Below are positions 29,721 through 44,867 of a stretch of DNA of 64,000 bases, in pieces. Position 1 is the first letter of the stretch. Every line of letters starts with the position of its first letter. The DNA comes from the human T2T-CHM13v2.0 reference genome, Homo sapiens. The stretch lies in the NCBI RefSeq assembly GCF_009914755.1, contig NC_060938.1; one strand, given 5' to 3'. The position numbers and the translations under genes are program-made. A model generated the notes under the pieces. It saw nothing but the letters and a program-made list of their open reading frames with translations, did not search any database and was not told where the DNA came from.

Positions 29721-31406
29721 AAAACATAAATGTCCTGTTTTGCTTTGAGTAGTTAATGCGAGGGAGTTACTGAAACCTTTAAAAACGTAGTAATATTTCG
29801 AGAAACACGAGAAAACAAAACGTAGGTTAGTGATATTGTGATTTTTTAAAAAGTTTTGTTTTAGCATGGGCAAGACATGAAGTCAAAAAACCAATCAACT
29901 TGGAGAAATTAAAGTTGCAATACAGGGCAGAGAAAAGAAAAATGATCAAGAGAACACACTGAAGAAATAAGAGGAGATAAGGTAAAGAGTACATACAGGT
30001 GCATAACTAAACCTGGATCAGAAGATCAGTGAAATGAAAAGGAAGTACATAAGAATATTATAATCCATGCAAAATTGTTATAGGGAGACAGAGGTAGTTC
30101 TGTAATGCAACATGTCAATAAAGAGTGTCTAAATGCAGGGCCCGTAATATTTTGGCAGTTACAAAAAATAAGGACATTTATAGAAATTAATAACCTTCTA
30201 AAATATGAAGTTCAGAAGAGAAATATAAATAGGGATAAGTAGCTAATTTGATGTCAACTAGCCTATTAATCTTAAACACAATTACATGCCCACATTCACA
30301 TACTTACATAAATATATTAAAATTATTTTATGGTAATTAAATTATATGAGGTAAGTTGTCTTAAATTTATACCTCACACAGTCTAACAATACAAAGGTCC
30401 TAAATGTATAATATATTATAATCCAGTTTGTTCCTCATTTTTGGCAATGTAAAATTTCATTATTTTCATAACTACTATTGAATGATAACATATTAATATT
30501 CCAGGTAAGTATTAAATAAGGACCAATATATTATATGATATGGATCTATTATATGTAATATTAGATATTAATTTTTTTACTATATGCCTGTCCATTCTTT
30601 CTCAAGAGATGAAACTATAATTCCTAAGAGAATAATATTTAATATTTAAAATAGATCATTCTAAGTTAGCCTGGATTTGTTTATTTTCTAGATTGGAATT
30701 AAAATGTACTCAATTATTTTAGGTCACCAATGATCAGATTAGGTAAATTAATGAGATTTAGTTTTTATTATTACTCTATGATTTATTTGTGAATTAAATC
30801 TCTAGTAAGAGAAGACGAGCTTAAGGCAAAAAGTACAAGAAATAAAATATAAAGGAATCTGAAAATGATGGATGTTTTAAAATGTGCCAAAGTAATAATG
30901 ACATAAAATAATACCTATAAATGCTAAGTAGTTTGAATATTTTGACTGTTAAAGCTGTCAAATTATGGGGTTTAATGCTAGTGTGGAGAATACTTTTTTC
31001 TGAATATTAAAATATCTTACTTACAAACGGTTGAAATGCATTTTATATCCCAAGAAGTTTAGAAACTTAGCATTAATAATACTTTTTTACAATGACTTAT
31101 GGAAATATAAATTTATAAGACACATTATTCCTTAAAGGAATAAGTAGCTGTATTCCATTATTGAATAAATGGAGATCTAACCCATTCATATTTGATTCTT
31201 GTGAGATCAAAGTACATACCGAATTTTAAAATATTTATTCCATATATTCCAAAATATTTACAAATAAGAACCTCTGCTATATGCCAAACAATATGTGAAA
31301 TGCTGAATATACAATGGAGAATAGTTGAGGCAGATATTCCAAATACTGTGGATCTATATTACATTTTTTAATCTAGATTAAGAACAGTTTGTTTTTAATA
31401 CTGTAA

Positions 31407-31742
<336 letters not shown>

Positions 31743-32393
31743 TTAATTTTCTTAAATTAAGAGTAAAACTTAATTAGTACATACACATTTTAGAATTCGA
31801 ATTATTAAAATCGTATAAGTGATGTGTGATTAATTACCATACATTACATTTTAGTACCACCAATACGAAGCATTAGTAGTTTTTTACAACCTATATAATA
31901 AAAATTACATGTAGGCACAAAATTTAAAACTTGCTTTATTCATACTTAAATCTAGCTCCATAATCATTTAAAGAAAGGGCAGTTACAAGTAAAAGAAAAG
32001 CAAAAGATTTACATATACAATAGCCTATTGAGAAAAAACTTGAATGCATATGAAATATCTTGACTATATTAAATGTTAACTCCTTCTTCCTCTCAACGGT
32101 CATTGGTTCTATTACATTATTTTTTCCTGCTTACCAGTCTAATCTACTAACAAGTGTAATAATCTTTTATAATAGGCAAATTGTAGGAGCAGTGTTGCCT
32201 GTATTATAATTAATCAATATCAAATTGGCATGAATAAAATAAATATATTTTATGTGAAAGTTGCCTAATCTTTCTATTATCTTAAAGGACATAATTCAAT
32301 CATTAAAAATATTACTCAATATATTATCTGCAAGCAAACTTCAGGTCATCATTCTATACTATCAAATAGACCTTAATATAAGATTATTTTCAG

Positions 32394-32693
32394 GGCCAGG
32401 TGCCGTGGTGCACACCGATAATCCTAGCACTTTAGGAGGCCTAGGTGGGCAGATCGCTTGAGCCCAGGAGTTTGAGACCAGCCTGGACAACATGGTGAGA
32501 CCTTGTTGTATCAAAAAAACACAAAAATTAGCTGAGCATGGTGGCGGTGCCTGTAGTCCTAGCTACTCGGGATGCTGAGGCACGAGAATCGCTTGAACCT
32601 GGGAGGCAGAAATTGCATTGAGTGGAGAATCTCTGCACTGCACTCCAGCCTGGATGACAAAGAAAGATCCTGTGTCAAAATAATAAATAAAAA
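32394..32693 (+). mobile_element. Alu (AluJb/old S-like)
   Basis: cttgagcccaggagtttgagacc; TSD aagatta(t/g)tttca. Confidence 0.93.
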
Positions 32694-33238
32694 AGATTAG
32701 TTTCAAAGGATATAAATTTGTAAGATCAGCTATACTAGTGTTCATTGTAACCCTTTGAAATTTCTGGGTGGATTTTTGTCTTTATTACACTTTTGTACTG
32801 GATAAAATCCATTGTCTTTTTTATAAGTAGTGTAGTGTTATTCATAAAATATCAGTCACAGAATACAGATAGTTTCAAGTGGAATAAATAAAATTCAACA
32901 AGGAGACCATGAACACACAATTAATTTATTTGCAGCTGTAAAAATTTCTTTTACATTTTTCCCCAATTTATATTTCTGTCAATTTGAAGGAATTACTGTG
33001 TCCAATGTTTTAAATGCCCCATAATGACAGGAAACCAAGTATACCTCATCTAATTTCAGGACACAATTTATAAAAAGTCGTAACTATTTACTCATTTTAT
33101 CTTCTTTTTTTCCACTTTGCAAACTTTGACTAAGGTTCTACTGGGTTACTAAAAACATTTCGCTGTCTTGATTTTTAAAGAGGAGAACAAAAAGTGTAAC
33201 TGGTAGTTCTTACGTAGCTAAGAGTCTTTTGGAAAACA

Positions 33239-34203
33239 TTTTTTAAACTTTTAAGTTCAAAAGTACATTTGCAGGTTTGTTACATAGAAAAACTTATGTC
33301 ATAGGGGTGTTAGCCTAGTACCCATTAGTTATTTTTCCTGATACTCTTCCTCCTGCCACCCTCCATCCCCCAATAGGCCTCAGTGTGTGTTGTCCCCCTC
33401 TAATGTGTCCATGTGTTCTCATCATTTAACTCCCACTTATAAATGAGAACATGCGATATTTGGTTTTCTGTTCCTGCCTTAGTTTGCTAACAATAATGGC
33501 CTCCAGCTGCATCCATTTCCTTGCAAAGGACATGATCTTGTTTTTTTTTAATAGTATTCCATGTTGTATATATAGCACATTTTCTTTATCCAATTTAGCA
33601 TTGAGGGGCATTTAAGTTGATTCCATGTCTTTGCTATTGTGAATAGTGGTGCAGTGAACATACACTACATGTGCATGTGTCTTTATAATATAATGATTTA
33701 TATTTCTCTGGGTATCTACCCAGTAATGAGATTGCTGGGTTGAGGGTATTTCTGTCTTAAGTCCTTGAGGAATCGCCACACTGTCTTCCACAATGGTTGA
33801 ACTAATTAACATTCCCACCAACAGCGTATAAGTATTCCTTTTTCTCCACAACCTCGCCAGCATCTCTTATTTTTTAACTTGTTAAAATAACCATTCTGAC
33901 TGGTGTGAGCTGGTATCTCATTATGGTTTTGATTTGCATTTCTCTAATGATCGGCGACTTGGGGCCTTTTTTCATGAGATTGTTGGCTGCATGTATGTCT
34001 CCTTTTGAGAAGTGTCTGTTCATGTCCATTGCCCACTTTTAATGGGGTTGGTTTCTTTTTGTTGTAAATTTGTTAAAGTTTCTTATAGATGCAGGATATT
34101 AGACCTTTGTTGGATGCATACTTTACAACAGAATGGGAAAAAAATTTTGCAAACTCTGCATCACACAAAAGTCTAATATCCAGCATTTATTAAAGAAATT
34201 AAA
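33239..34203 (-). mobile_element. L1PA (PA10-13-like) 3' fragment with short 5' inversion (34129-34203)
   Basis: 3'UTR agcctagtacccattagttatttttcctgat; ORF2 C-terminal remnants; terminal segment in sense orientation. Confidence 0.9.
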
Positions 34204-35479
34204 TGTTTTCCAAGCTTTGATATCAATAAATATCATCTAGCAACACTTAGTAAAATACAGATCCCTAGGGAACTTTTCTCATAACCCTTATCAGAACTTT
34301 TAGACAAGGGTTCTGTATTATTTTCCCAAACAGCTGTCCCTTGATTTAGGTAAAATGCATTCACGTTAATTTAAAGTCTTCATTTTCATATTCTACAAAG
34401 CCATATATATTCTTTGACCAGATTAAATTAAAATATTGAACTTGGATTAAACATGTTAAGCCTTTCTATATAGACATTTCTTTGAGCACTCCATGAAGTC
34501 CCACTGGAACTTAGGTAAAGATAGAATCTCCTGGTTATGCTCCAAAAAATATATTTTTCCACAGCAATGATGAAACACATTTCTTAAATAAATTATTTTG
34601 CTCAACACAAATACATCGTGTATTGATGTGGGTCTCATACATAGAAACCTGCTAACAAATAATGCGAAATGCAAGATTATATTTTAAAGTAAATGGTCAG
34701 AAAAATAAAATAGAAAAATAAAACAACTTTATTTTGTCTTTTTAAATTTTGGATGATATATATATATATGAATACTGTGGAGAATTTTTGAAATGTATTA
34801 CTTTTTAATTTGTTTTCAGGATGTAATTTGTAGAGGTGACTCAGCTACCACAATACAAATTTAAATGCTTGAATCCGTATTCCCTAAAGATGTTGGAGCT
34901 GAGCCACAAATTGGGTAGAAATGACAAAGGTATTTTCAACATAATAAGATAAGAATAGCGACCTGCCTTTTTTTCTTTACAAACTTCTAAAAATATGTTG
35001 AGATATAGGTATAATAAAACACATTTCGATGATTCTTGCACCTGTAAGTGCAGGTAATTTGGAAAGAGAGCTCTTTGAATTTGCAGTCAAAACAAGTCGG
35101 TTATAATTCTGCATTATTCTTCTCTAGAGTATGCTCATGGGTGACATATGTATTTTATATTCACATATATACATACACACACATAAATATATATACAAAT
35201 GCTTAACTCTTAGGGTGTTTCGGATCAGGTAAAATTGTATATCTGAAATTACTTTTTAAGAAAATACAGTTATTGTGTTTATTTCATACAACACAGACTT
35301 TTAATAAATAGAAACCCAGATTCCAAGAGAGTGAGACATATTTCATTGCCCCTCCTGGTTGTCAGGGAGCTGTCTGCTTTGGGTCAGTGAGGAATGGAAA
35401 AGATAATTGTTGATGCTTTTATAGTCCTTCGAATTATGAAGTGAATAAAGGCAGAAGGAGTCATAGTAGTGACCATGGA

Positions 35480-36560
35480 TTAAATTCAATAAATAGTTTC
35501 GAAACGCATATTTCTATTAGGTACTACACTATGTTTTGTGGCAAATAGGAACACAAGTTGAATAAAACACGGATTCTACAGTTATGTTTCATAATTTTAG
35601 TAACATAGCATATTCACACCTAACCATAGTCAAGTTTAAATATAATAGTTATACAGGTATGAACAATGTGCTATATTAGTAAAATAGATACTTTGTAAAT
35701 TTGGGAATTAAACACACATTTTTTATTTTGTCTTAAATGCATTTGACACACAGAGATTAGCAGTTGAAAGAAAGACATTTCAGGCAGGGACTGACAAAGC
35801 ACAGATGTGTGAAACAGCATGCCAAGGTCATGGCAGTGGGCAGTTTGGTTATGTTCCACTATTCCATTAGCAGAAGATGAAGACTGATTAAAAACTCAGC
35901 TGGAAATACAGATTGAAATTACATTTCATTATCCTGAATAACTTATTCTGGATATGAAAACAGGTCACTGAAAATTTTAGAAGAATATGGTAACATAATC
36001 AAATACATGACACAAAAATAATTTGATCATCGGTGGGCAGGATAGATAGGAAAGAAGAAGAGGAAAAAGGAACTAGAGAAAATAATAATATTTGAAGATT
36101 CTCCCTATAGTTTAGGTCAGGGTTTTCTGTTTCTAAATTGTAAAAATTCAGGTGCAGGATTCATGTTTTACTCAATTGTTTTGTTCTGTTTTACTCAGAC
36201 ACTGTTATGAGGGATATTTTGTGTTCTGTGAAATATGATAACATATACTTGAGAAACACTGTATTCTTCTCTCAGAGATTCTACAATAGAGAATTGTGAG
36301 TAGTGTTAAAAACTCTAAGAAATTCTGAAGTAAAATGTCTGGAAGACTTTTATTATGGTACATGTATTGATGTGCTTGAGATCACCAGTTTAGAAAAACT
36401 GTCCAGTGCAAGACAATGAAAGAAACTAGGACATTAGGAGTAGGAAGAGAAAGAAGATATGACAACAGGTGATATTGTGAAAGCCAAATAGATAGGTTTT
36501 AGCTATTGATTCAAGTGGAAGATAAAGGAAAGAAGGAGTCAGAGGCAAATTGATATCCCT
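35480..36560 (-). mobile_element. L2 relic, probably interrupted by a hAT-Charlie fragment (~36118-36400)
   Basis: attcaataaata...taggtact...gaacacaagttgaataaaacac L2 3' end; gacatttcaggcaggga; ttgagaaacactg..gagatt..aactctaagaaattctgaagtaaa in the middle. Confidence 0.5.
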
Positions 36561-36835
36561 AGCAGAAGCCTTCCTAACAGCACCTCTTTCAGAGTTATTG
36601 GTATCTTGTCAACTTTCTTAGTTTGCTCTATAGTCCTTGAAACTTGCTCAGTCTTTGTAGAAGTAAGGGTAAGAAATATATTCTGTGTTTTCTTCCTGAT
36701 GCAAAACACAGAACAGCTATTTCCTTAGACTATTTTAACAGAAAATTAGATAACTCTTAAATATAGTAAGACCAATTATGTTTACTTGCAAAATAAACTA
36801 TACATTGGGTTATTATTTTTCAAGCTGCTACTAAT

Positions 36836-37060
36836 ATATAAATATATAATTAATATATATTTATATATTATATATAAATATATAATTAATAATATACTTA
36901 TATATTATATATTTTATATACATTATACAATATATATTTATATAATTAATCCTAATATATAATATATATAATTTATATAAATATATATTAGTAGGAAGCT
37001 TAAAAATATATATATTAGTAGGCTGCTTGAAAAAATATATGTATAAGCACATACATATTT
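36836..37060. repeat. AT-rich low-complexity (TA-derived) tract
   Basis: Almost pure A/T with degenerate TATA units. Confidence 0.9.
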
Positions 37061-37099
37061 TGTTGTTACTACATATTTCTTACCCATGTTTATTTCCTC

Positions 37100-37490
37100 A
37101 TTTTTCCCTTACTAATAGAAACAAGATTTTGTTCCCACATAAAATTGATGTATTTTATTCCTAGCAGCTATTGGTGTAACACATGATATGTTTCTGGCTA
37201 TTAGATATTTACAGAAGTTCTTGGTGCAATATGAGTATATACATACATATATCCATATATTTTATGCATACATACATGCACGTATGCATTTATGTATATT
37301 TCTATCTATCTACCTATCTATCTATTCATCCTATGAGAGATTGTCTAATACATTTTGCTCTTTACCTTTCTCTGTTTATCTCTTTTTCCAAACTGAGACT
37401 TGGTTGCAAGGAAGAGAATTGAAACAGCCATCTTGAGACAATGAAAAAAAATGCCACAAGCTAAGAAAGATTCAGGAGGAACACAGATAT
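37100..37490 (+). mobile_element. Old MLT1 (J/K/L-like) LTR relic with internal simple repeat
   Basis: ctaatagaaacaagattttgttc, gcagcta..cacatgat..tttctggcta.tagat, acagccatcttgagacaatga. Confidence 0.45.
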
Positions 37491-38208
37491 TTTTGATTCT
37501 TTGCATATTCTCCCCAGTTCTGCATGTTTAAGCCACAGAATTTTTAAATCATGTATATCTCACAAATAAATACTATATATGCTTCTAATAATATTAGTTT
37601 GAAACCTGAAATGGTAGAATAATTGTAATACCACAAATAACCTACTTATTGCTAATGAGAGACAGCATGGTGCAACAGGTCCAACACTAATTTAGGAGTC
37701 ACAAGCTCTAGCATCTTATGTCAGTCCAAGTTCTAGTCTGTCACTCATGCAGCAGGTGTAAAATGGAGAGACAATCTAATAAAATAATTAAGCTAAAGGA
37801 CTATATTGATTTGTTATAATTAGGCTACAAGCAGTAATAAAAGTATCAGTTTTTCAAATGTGACTGAGTGGATGTTTTATTATATATTGTTTTTAATGTG
37901 GTAATATCTTATGAATGTATATGGAAGATTTAGCAGATCTGATTAAAAAGTTCAAACCCATTGTATAAATTAATAAATCTAGACATGGGAAAAGTAACAC
38001 ATTTTACAAGCCTAAGCTTTCATTCGTAATTCAGGAACTTAGTAGTTAACTGAATTTTAGCTGTTAAATCTGAAAATCGACTCATATACCCGTTAGAGTT
38101 GACAGAATAAAGTTAAATAGAATTTCACTTTTTTTAAAGTTTTAGAAAACGCAATGTATGAGTTTTGTTACATCCGAATTAACTTCAAGAATATCCTTGT
38201 TTTATAAC

Positions 38209-38807
38209 TGTGATGGTTATTTTAGGTGTCAACTTGACTGGACTAAGGGATCCCAGAGAGCTGGTAAAGTATTATTTCTGGGCATGTTTGTGAGGGCGTG
38301 TCTGGAAGAGATTGGCATTTGAATCACTGAATTGAATAAGGATGACTTGCTCTCACCCATTGTGGGTGAGCACCATCTAATTCACTGAGGGCCCAGATAA
38401 AACAAAAAGTCAGAGGGATTTACTTCTGCCCATCCCTCCCCCTCCCCTCATCTGGATCTAAGACACTCTTCTTCTTCTGCCCTTGGACCTCAGAACTCCA
38501 GGTTGTCCAGTGTTTGAACTCCAGAACTTGCATCAGTGGCTTGCCAGATGCTTAGACATTCAGCCTTAGACAGAGAGTTACACCATCAACTTGGGTTTTG
38601 AGGCCTTCACTTGGACTGAGACATGTTATTGGCTTCCTGGTTCTACAATTTGCAAACAATCTATCATAGGACTACTCAGTCTCCATAATCGTGTGAACCA
38701 CATCCTCTAACAAATCTTGTCTCATATGTTTCCATCTATCTATCTATCGATCTATCTATCCATCCATCTATCCTATTGGTTTTGTTTCTCTGAAGAATCC
38801 TAATACA
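38209..38807 (+). mobile_element. MLT2B-like solo LTR
   Basis: tgtgatggttattttaggtgtcaacttgactgg...cctattggttttgtttctctgaagaatcctaataca; TSD ataac/aaaac. Confidence 0.92.
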
Positions 38808-38814
38808 AAAACAT

Positions 38815-39135
38815 TTTTTAATTTAGCCTTTTTAAGCTTTATTGAGGTAAATTGATGTATAAAATTGCACGTATTTAATACGTATTTTGATGAGCTTGGA
38901 CATATGTATACACCCATGATACTAACACCATAATCAAAGTATTAAACATATCCATTACCTCCAAAAATGTTATCTTCTTGTGTGTGCGTGTGCATGTGTA
39001 TTTGTGGTAAAAACACTCAAGGTGAGACCAATCCTTTTAACATATTTAAAAGTGTACAATACCATATAGTTAATTACGGGTACAAAGTTTTACAGCAAAT
39101 CTTTAGAACTAGCTCAGTTTGTGTAACTGAAGCTT
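38815..39135 (-). mobile_element. L1MA/MB 3' end
   Basis: agctttattgaggta, aacatatccattacctcc, gtgtacaatac, tacagcaaatctttagaact. Confidence 0.8.
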
Positions 39136-39908
39136 CTTGATTATGTCTGTTACTGCAAGTAAAAAGCAATATAAAAGCAAACATGGATAATTTATATTCT
39201 ATTTTTGGTATATAATTTTTTTATTTTTAGAAGTTAATACTTCAAGTGACCACACTATAATGAAGCTCATTCAAATCATAATGAAAACACAAGGCAATTC
39301 ATAAAATTATTCTGTTCTATCAAATTTGGCCTTAAAGGAAGAAACTATATTTTGTGATAAAGCATTGTGCTTCTTTAGCACTTCCTCTCCAAAGTCAAGA
39401 ATTAAATTCTTTAAAAAATATCTTTAGTATAAGTTTTGCATTTAATTTATGTGCATTTTAAGAGTGTATTATAGTCTCATCAAGATTAATCATGTACAGC
39501 ATATATTTGTCCATTTAAGGATTCTAATAATTGAATATTTTCTTCTTAACATGTTATAGAATTTTTATACTGAATAGAGGATCTTAGAGATTCTTCACCA
39601 TACCATGAGATGCATGCAGCTTCCCCATCCCTGATACAGATTTCATGAACACATAAATACATAAGACTCCAGGGCTGACTTACTCAATTGACATTATATT
39701 ATTTGTTTATCATCCTTTTGAATATCAAATCAACACAGAGAATCAGAAGTAGTCTACAGTTGATTTGCACAATAAAATATGACTTTTCAAAATTTATTCC
39801 TTCTGGTACGTACCTCTCAAACTCTAAATAGGTAGCAATATAGTATCTTGAAATAGTAATTGTTTGCTTACTTATTGGCACTTTCTGTAAATTACTCAGA
39901 GGCACTTA

Positions 39909-40199
<291 letters not shown>

Positions 40200-40621
40200 T
40201 GTCTATAGGAGAAATATGATTATTAGAACAAAATACAGAAAGAAACATGTGTTTAATTCTCAGCTTTGTCTTGAAAAAAGCTCTAGTGGAAACAAACAAA
40301 AAATGCTCATAGTGGAAACAAACCCTATGGGTTTCAAACTGCTGATCCACAGCTTGTTTCCATGTAATCCTGTCTGATGCCCTCTGATTGCTGTGAAGAC
40401 TGACTTTTGACAATGGTCTGCATGGGACCTATGGAATACTTTGCACAAGTCACTCCTGATGGTTAGATATATGTACAACCCTGATGAAAACATGGAATTT
40501 CTATCTGAATGTTTATGCACATATGCACACACACAAACACACACACAACATGCTCCTCACTATTTTTATTCTGCTTAAATGAATGTTACAGTCAGGCTCA
40601 AAGACTGTACTGTACCCAGAT

Positions 40622-40790
40622 GTTACACCATCAACTTGGGTCTGAAGGCTTCACCCTTGGACTGAGCCATGTTATTGGCCTGCTAGGTTTATCTACAATT
40701 TGCAAGCAACCTATCATAAACCTTCTCACCCTCCATAATCTTGGGAACCAGCTCTCCTCACAATCTTCTTGTATATATCTCTATCCATTC
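40622..40790 (+). mobile_element. MLT2 fragment closely similar to 38577-38745
   Basis: gttacaccatcaacttgggt, cttggactgag.catgttattggc and ctacaatttgcaa are shared with the upstream MLT2. Confidence 0.8.
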
Positions 40791-43700
40791 TATTACTTTG
40801 ATTATTTATCTACAAATTAAAAACTCCTTTGATTCTTGGATTCTTCTTCTGCTAGGAAAATTCTAACGCTGATTCTTTTTCTACAAGGAGAATCCTAACT
40901 GGACATAGCTGCACGTTGTTCTATGCATTTTAAATGAACTTTGGCTATTTCTAAAATAAGGACACAAAACTAATTTTACCATCACTCTGTGTCATGACTC
41001 TATTTACATATACTTTCCTTCAAAATGTTACCTATTTTCTCATTTTACTTACCACATTTTTTCTTTGCTAGGTTTAGTTCAAAATATTTTTTAGTTTTAA
41101 TCATTATTCAGCAATAAAAATAATTTGTTTATAAAATTATATAGGGATTTTAAGACATAATAAATCTTTAAAGATGGATAACTTTTCACAGTATTGAACT
41201 CAAAACTTGCAAAAACTACCTGATTCATAGCAAGTACAGCTTTGTTTTATGATTTACTTTCTCCATGCATATTGGAAGTCCTATTTACAATGAAGTAAAC
41301 ATTAATGTTGAGACCCATGATACACAATACCTTACTCAGATATGAACTATATCTATATGTACTTTTTATAATAATATTGTGACTATATTTTGTAATGGAT
41401 GAAAATATGATATGTAGATATTTCTTATATGCACCACTGGGAGACAATTGAAAAGGAAAATTACATCATGGTAGAAATCACCTTTAAAATATGCACACAC
41501 TTATTTCTTTTCCCTTAATCAACTTTCTATATTGTGTTATTTTTTATGGTCATTAATTTAAACATCATTTTTAAATTCATGTATCATAAATTATTCTAAT
41601 TTTCTTGTTTATAGGCAAATAAGTTAAAATATGCGACTACAATGGAATGACAGTGAGCCAGGCCTCAAGAAATTCATTTGTCTCAATTTAACATTTCTGA
41701 AAAAAATAGCAATAATTTTAATTGCAGTATATTATAATTTAAATCATAACATCATAAAGTTAACAATTTCTTCCCCATAATGTTTTTGTTGTTTCAAAAA
41801 GAACTATTATTTATCTATCTACCTATCTATAAAATATGGCTTATGATTTAATTTCATTTATATATTTTTATATATGTGAATTTAGTTTTGCTAAATTTAA
41901 AATCCAGTTTTTCCTATTTTATGTGCATGTAATTATATTTAATATAAATTAGTTATTATAGACCTTCACTTCACTTCACTTCCCTAAATATCTACTTTTA
42001 TCCAAGATTCTGTCATCATTAAATAGCTAGCCTTTCCACTAGGGCTGCTAATCAAATAGATTGAAATAAAAGCATTTATTTAATAGTAATTGCAGGACAC
42101 TATAGTAATAGTGGATACCAAAATGTTTACTCTGATGAGTAAGAGTAATGAGAAAACTTTTAGTGCTTTATTTATTTTTTGATGAAATGCAATATAATAA
42201 TAATGTTAGCTATTTAAGTTGAGCTACCTTTTTTTCATCTTAGAATGGTAAATGACCCATTGCTTTACATAATCAGTTTACCATGTGCACTCTAACAGAA
42301 TCTGTATTACCCCTGTATTCTAATAGAAAAGAATAAGCAAGTATAATGCAAAGCCAATTGGACTCAGCATCAAAATAGCTTATGGAATAATATCAAATTT
42401 GATATCTGGTAAAACTTACACAGCAATTGTTAAATCATCTTTATGCCTATTTTTATCATCCATAGTATTAATCTAAAAATGTAAAAGTGTAACAATGTGA
42501 TAGATTGAAAGATCTCTAAATAATTTATATTTTATATAACTTTATGCATAAATTGACAAAAGTTAAAAGTATTTGCATTGTTTTAATGTTGGAAACAATG
42601 TTCCAAGATGCCATAAAAATAATAAAAGGACAGAAGTTTCTTGCGCATTCAAAATCATTTATTATGCATTTACAATATGCAGCTGTTGTAAACACTGTGG
42701 AATTAATAATGGATTTTGGTCTCTGCATTGAATAAGTTCACATTAGAGGGACAATTGTAAACACAGGGTATAATTCAGTTTGACAATTACTGTGATAGAC
42801 ATTGCTTTTGATACTAGCAAGGAAAAACCCATTGGTGGATTACCAAAAGTTTCATGAGGATATGTCTGATCTATACATCTTATAAAATTAAAATTTTAAA
42901 TATATATTAATTCAAATAGTTTTGTTGCTTTTAGGGAAATAGTCTTTCAAGATATTCTAATTGAGCATATGTTTCTGGAAAAAGACCAACTTTGGCTTTA
43001 ACTCATTTTTAAAAATTTTTTATTTAAAAACAACATGCTGGTTTTTAAAAATTCAATCGCCATCAGTACTTAACATACTTACTATGTCCTGATTGGTAGC
43101 TTGAACAAACTAGAATCTGAGGTTTTATTCCTTAATTGTCAAAGAAGCCAATTGAGGTTACATGTCATTTGTAGTATAAAAACAAAAAAATCATTTCTTT
43201 TTATATTTTGCAATGGAAGCCAATTTCGTTTCAAAGGAAAAAATGACTTTTAGTTCTTTTTATGGAAACAGTAGCACCATTTGATGAATTCTTCATATTG
43301 ACCATTATTTTCTTAAAAACAAATCTATCCACCTTTTCTACTTTTCAAATTTTTATAAATTACGTTTCTGGAGAGAGTTTTCCAATGTTAGAGACGTCAA
43401 TTTCTCTGAGCTAAACCCTCCAGTTTTTTTTTTTAATGGTCCCCAAGGAACAAGGTTAAAAGCCCTGGGTCCTCTTAACTAATCCCCTTATACATTCCTG
43501 GAATTTAAGAAGGTTACCTTTTTTGTTTGCATTCCTGAATTTACATAACACTTGAGATGATATCAACATATCATAGAATTTTGAAGATCTACTTAGAGTA
43601 TGTTATCTCATCGGTATACTATTAATTATTTGTAATTAGACTACTAGTTAATCCACAATTCCCATTAATAATTCTAGTAAATATATTAATTTATTGTTCT

Positions 43701-44867
43701 ATCAATATTTGGTACATCATAAATACATAATAAATAGAGAATAAATTAATAAAGTGTTGAATATATGATTTTCAGAGCTGATTTTTTTCAGTCATCTTCT
43801 TTGACAATTTTGAATTTATATTTGTAAATAAATATTCAGATTTTTTACATGCATTGGCATTAAATAAAATTTTGTAAAATTTATTCCATAGTGTAAAACT
43901 AAATTTTATCCTAATTTTGTCATAAATTTTTATCATTAGCACCTTTTAAAAGTACAATGATATGTCTTTATTTAGGTCATTAATCTAAAATTGTAGAATA
44001 GGTCAGAGAAAAGAGGAAACCCTTTGCACATAACTAAAATCCTTCCCAGAAGATGGCATTCATTCTTTAATTATCACTTTCTATGAAGGTCATTTGATGT
44101 GTTACTAATTTGCCTAATTGAATTGCCATCAAACTCATATTTCTTCATCTTAACACTGAAAATCTGAGGAGATGCTTCAAATTACATTTTTTGGATGATT
44201 TTTCACAGATCTATGATTTAGATGTTTAAGCAGTAGCTTTGAATGAACTAAAAATGCTGGCAAATAATTAGAGTTAACATTTTGCAAATAACATTTTGTT
44301 CACTGCAGTATTTTACTTGACCTATGCCTATTCTCCTCTACATGAAAACTGAAGTTTTAATGTTATCCTTGTAGATCTTTAGCAGATAATTAATTCACAT
44401 ATATCCATTAATAATATTTCAGTATGTAAAATATACTTGCTTCTCTCAAGTAACTTGATATCATTTAATCTTCAATGAAACTTGTCTAAAAATAATGTTT
44501 TTTTGAATCAGTTTTTTGAATCAGTTTAAAAATGTGAAAAAACCTTTGAATATGTTATTTGTTAAGAATGAAATAACTGAAAGGTTGATCTATGCTTTAA
44601 ATTGGAATCTTTTGTATATTTTAACATCAAGAACAGTCCATTGTATAAAAACTATTTTTGTGAATTTCTAAACTTTCATAGCATTAAGTCCTCAGAGTGG
44701 AATTCTATGATTTCTAAAGCCAGATTATTTCAGATATTTTAAAAACTACTTAAATGTCCATAAACAATAGGACAGTTAACTACATTTTGTAAAGTTAATG
44801 AAAAGGAATATTATATAGCTAGTTTTAAACATGACATATTTACACCTATTTTGGTTCAGTGATTCCA

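Noticed and set aside
36681-36713. 11-bp perfect stem ttctgtgtttt / aaaacacagaa
   Set aside because: Short and AT-rich; plausible by chance or as a trivial micro-inversion site.
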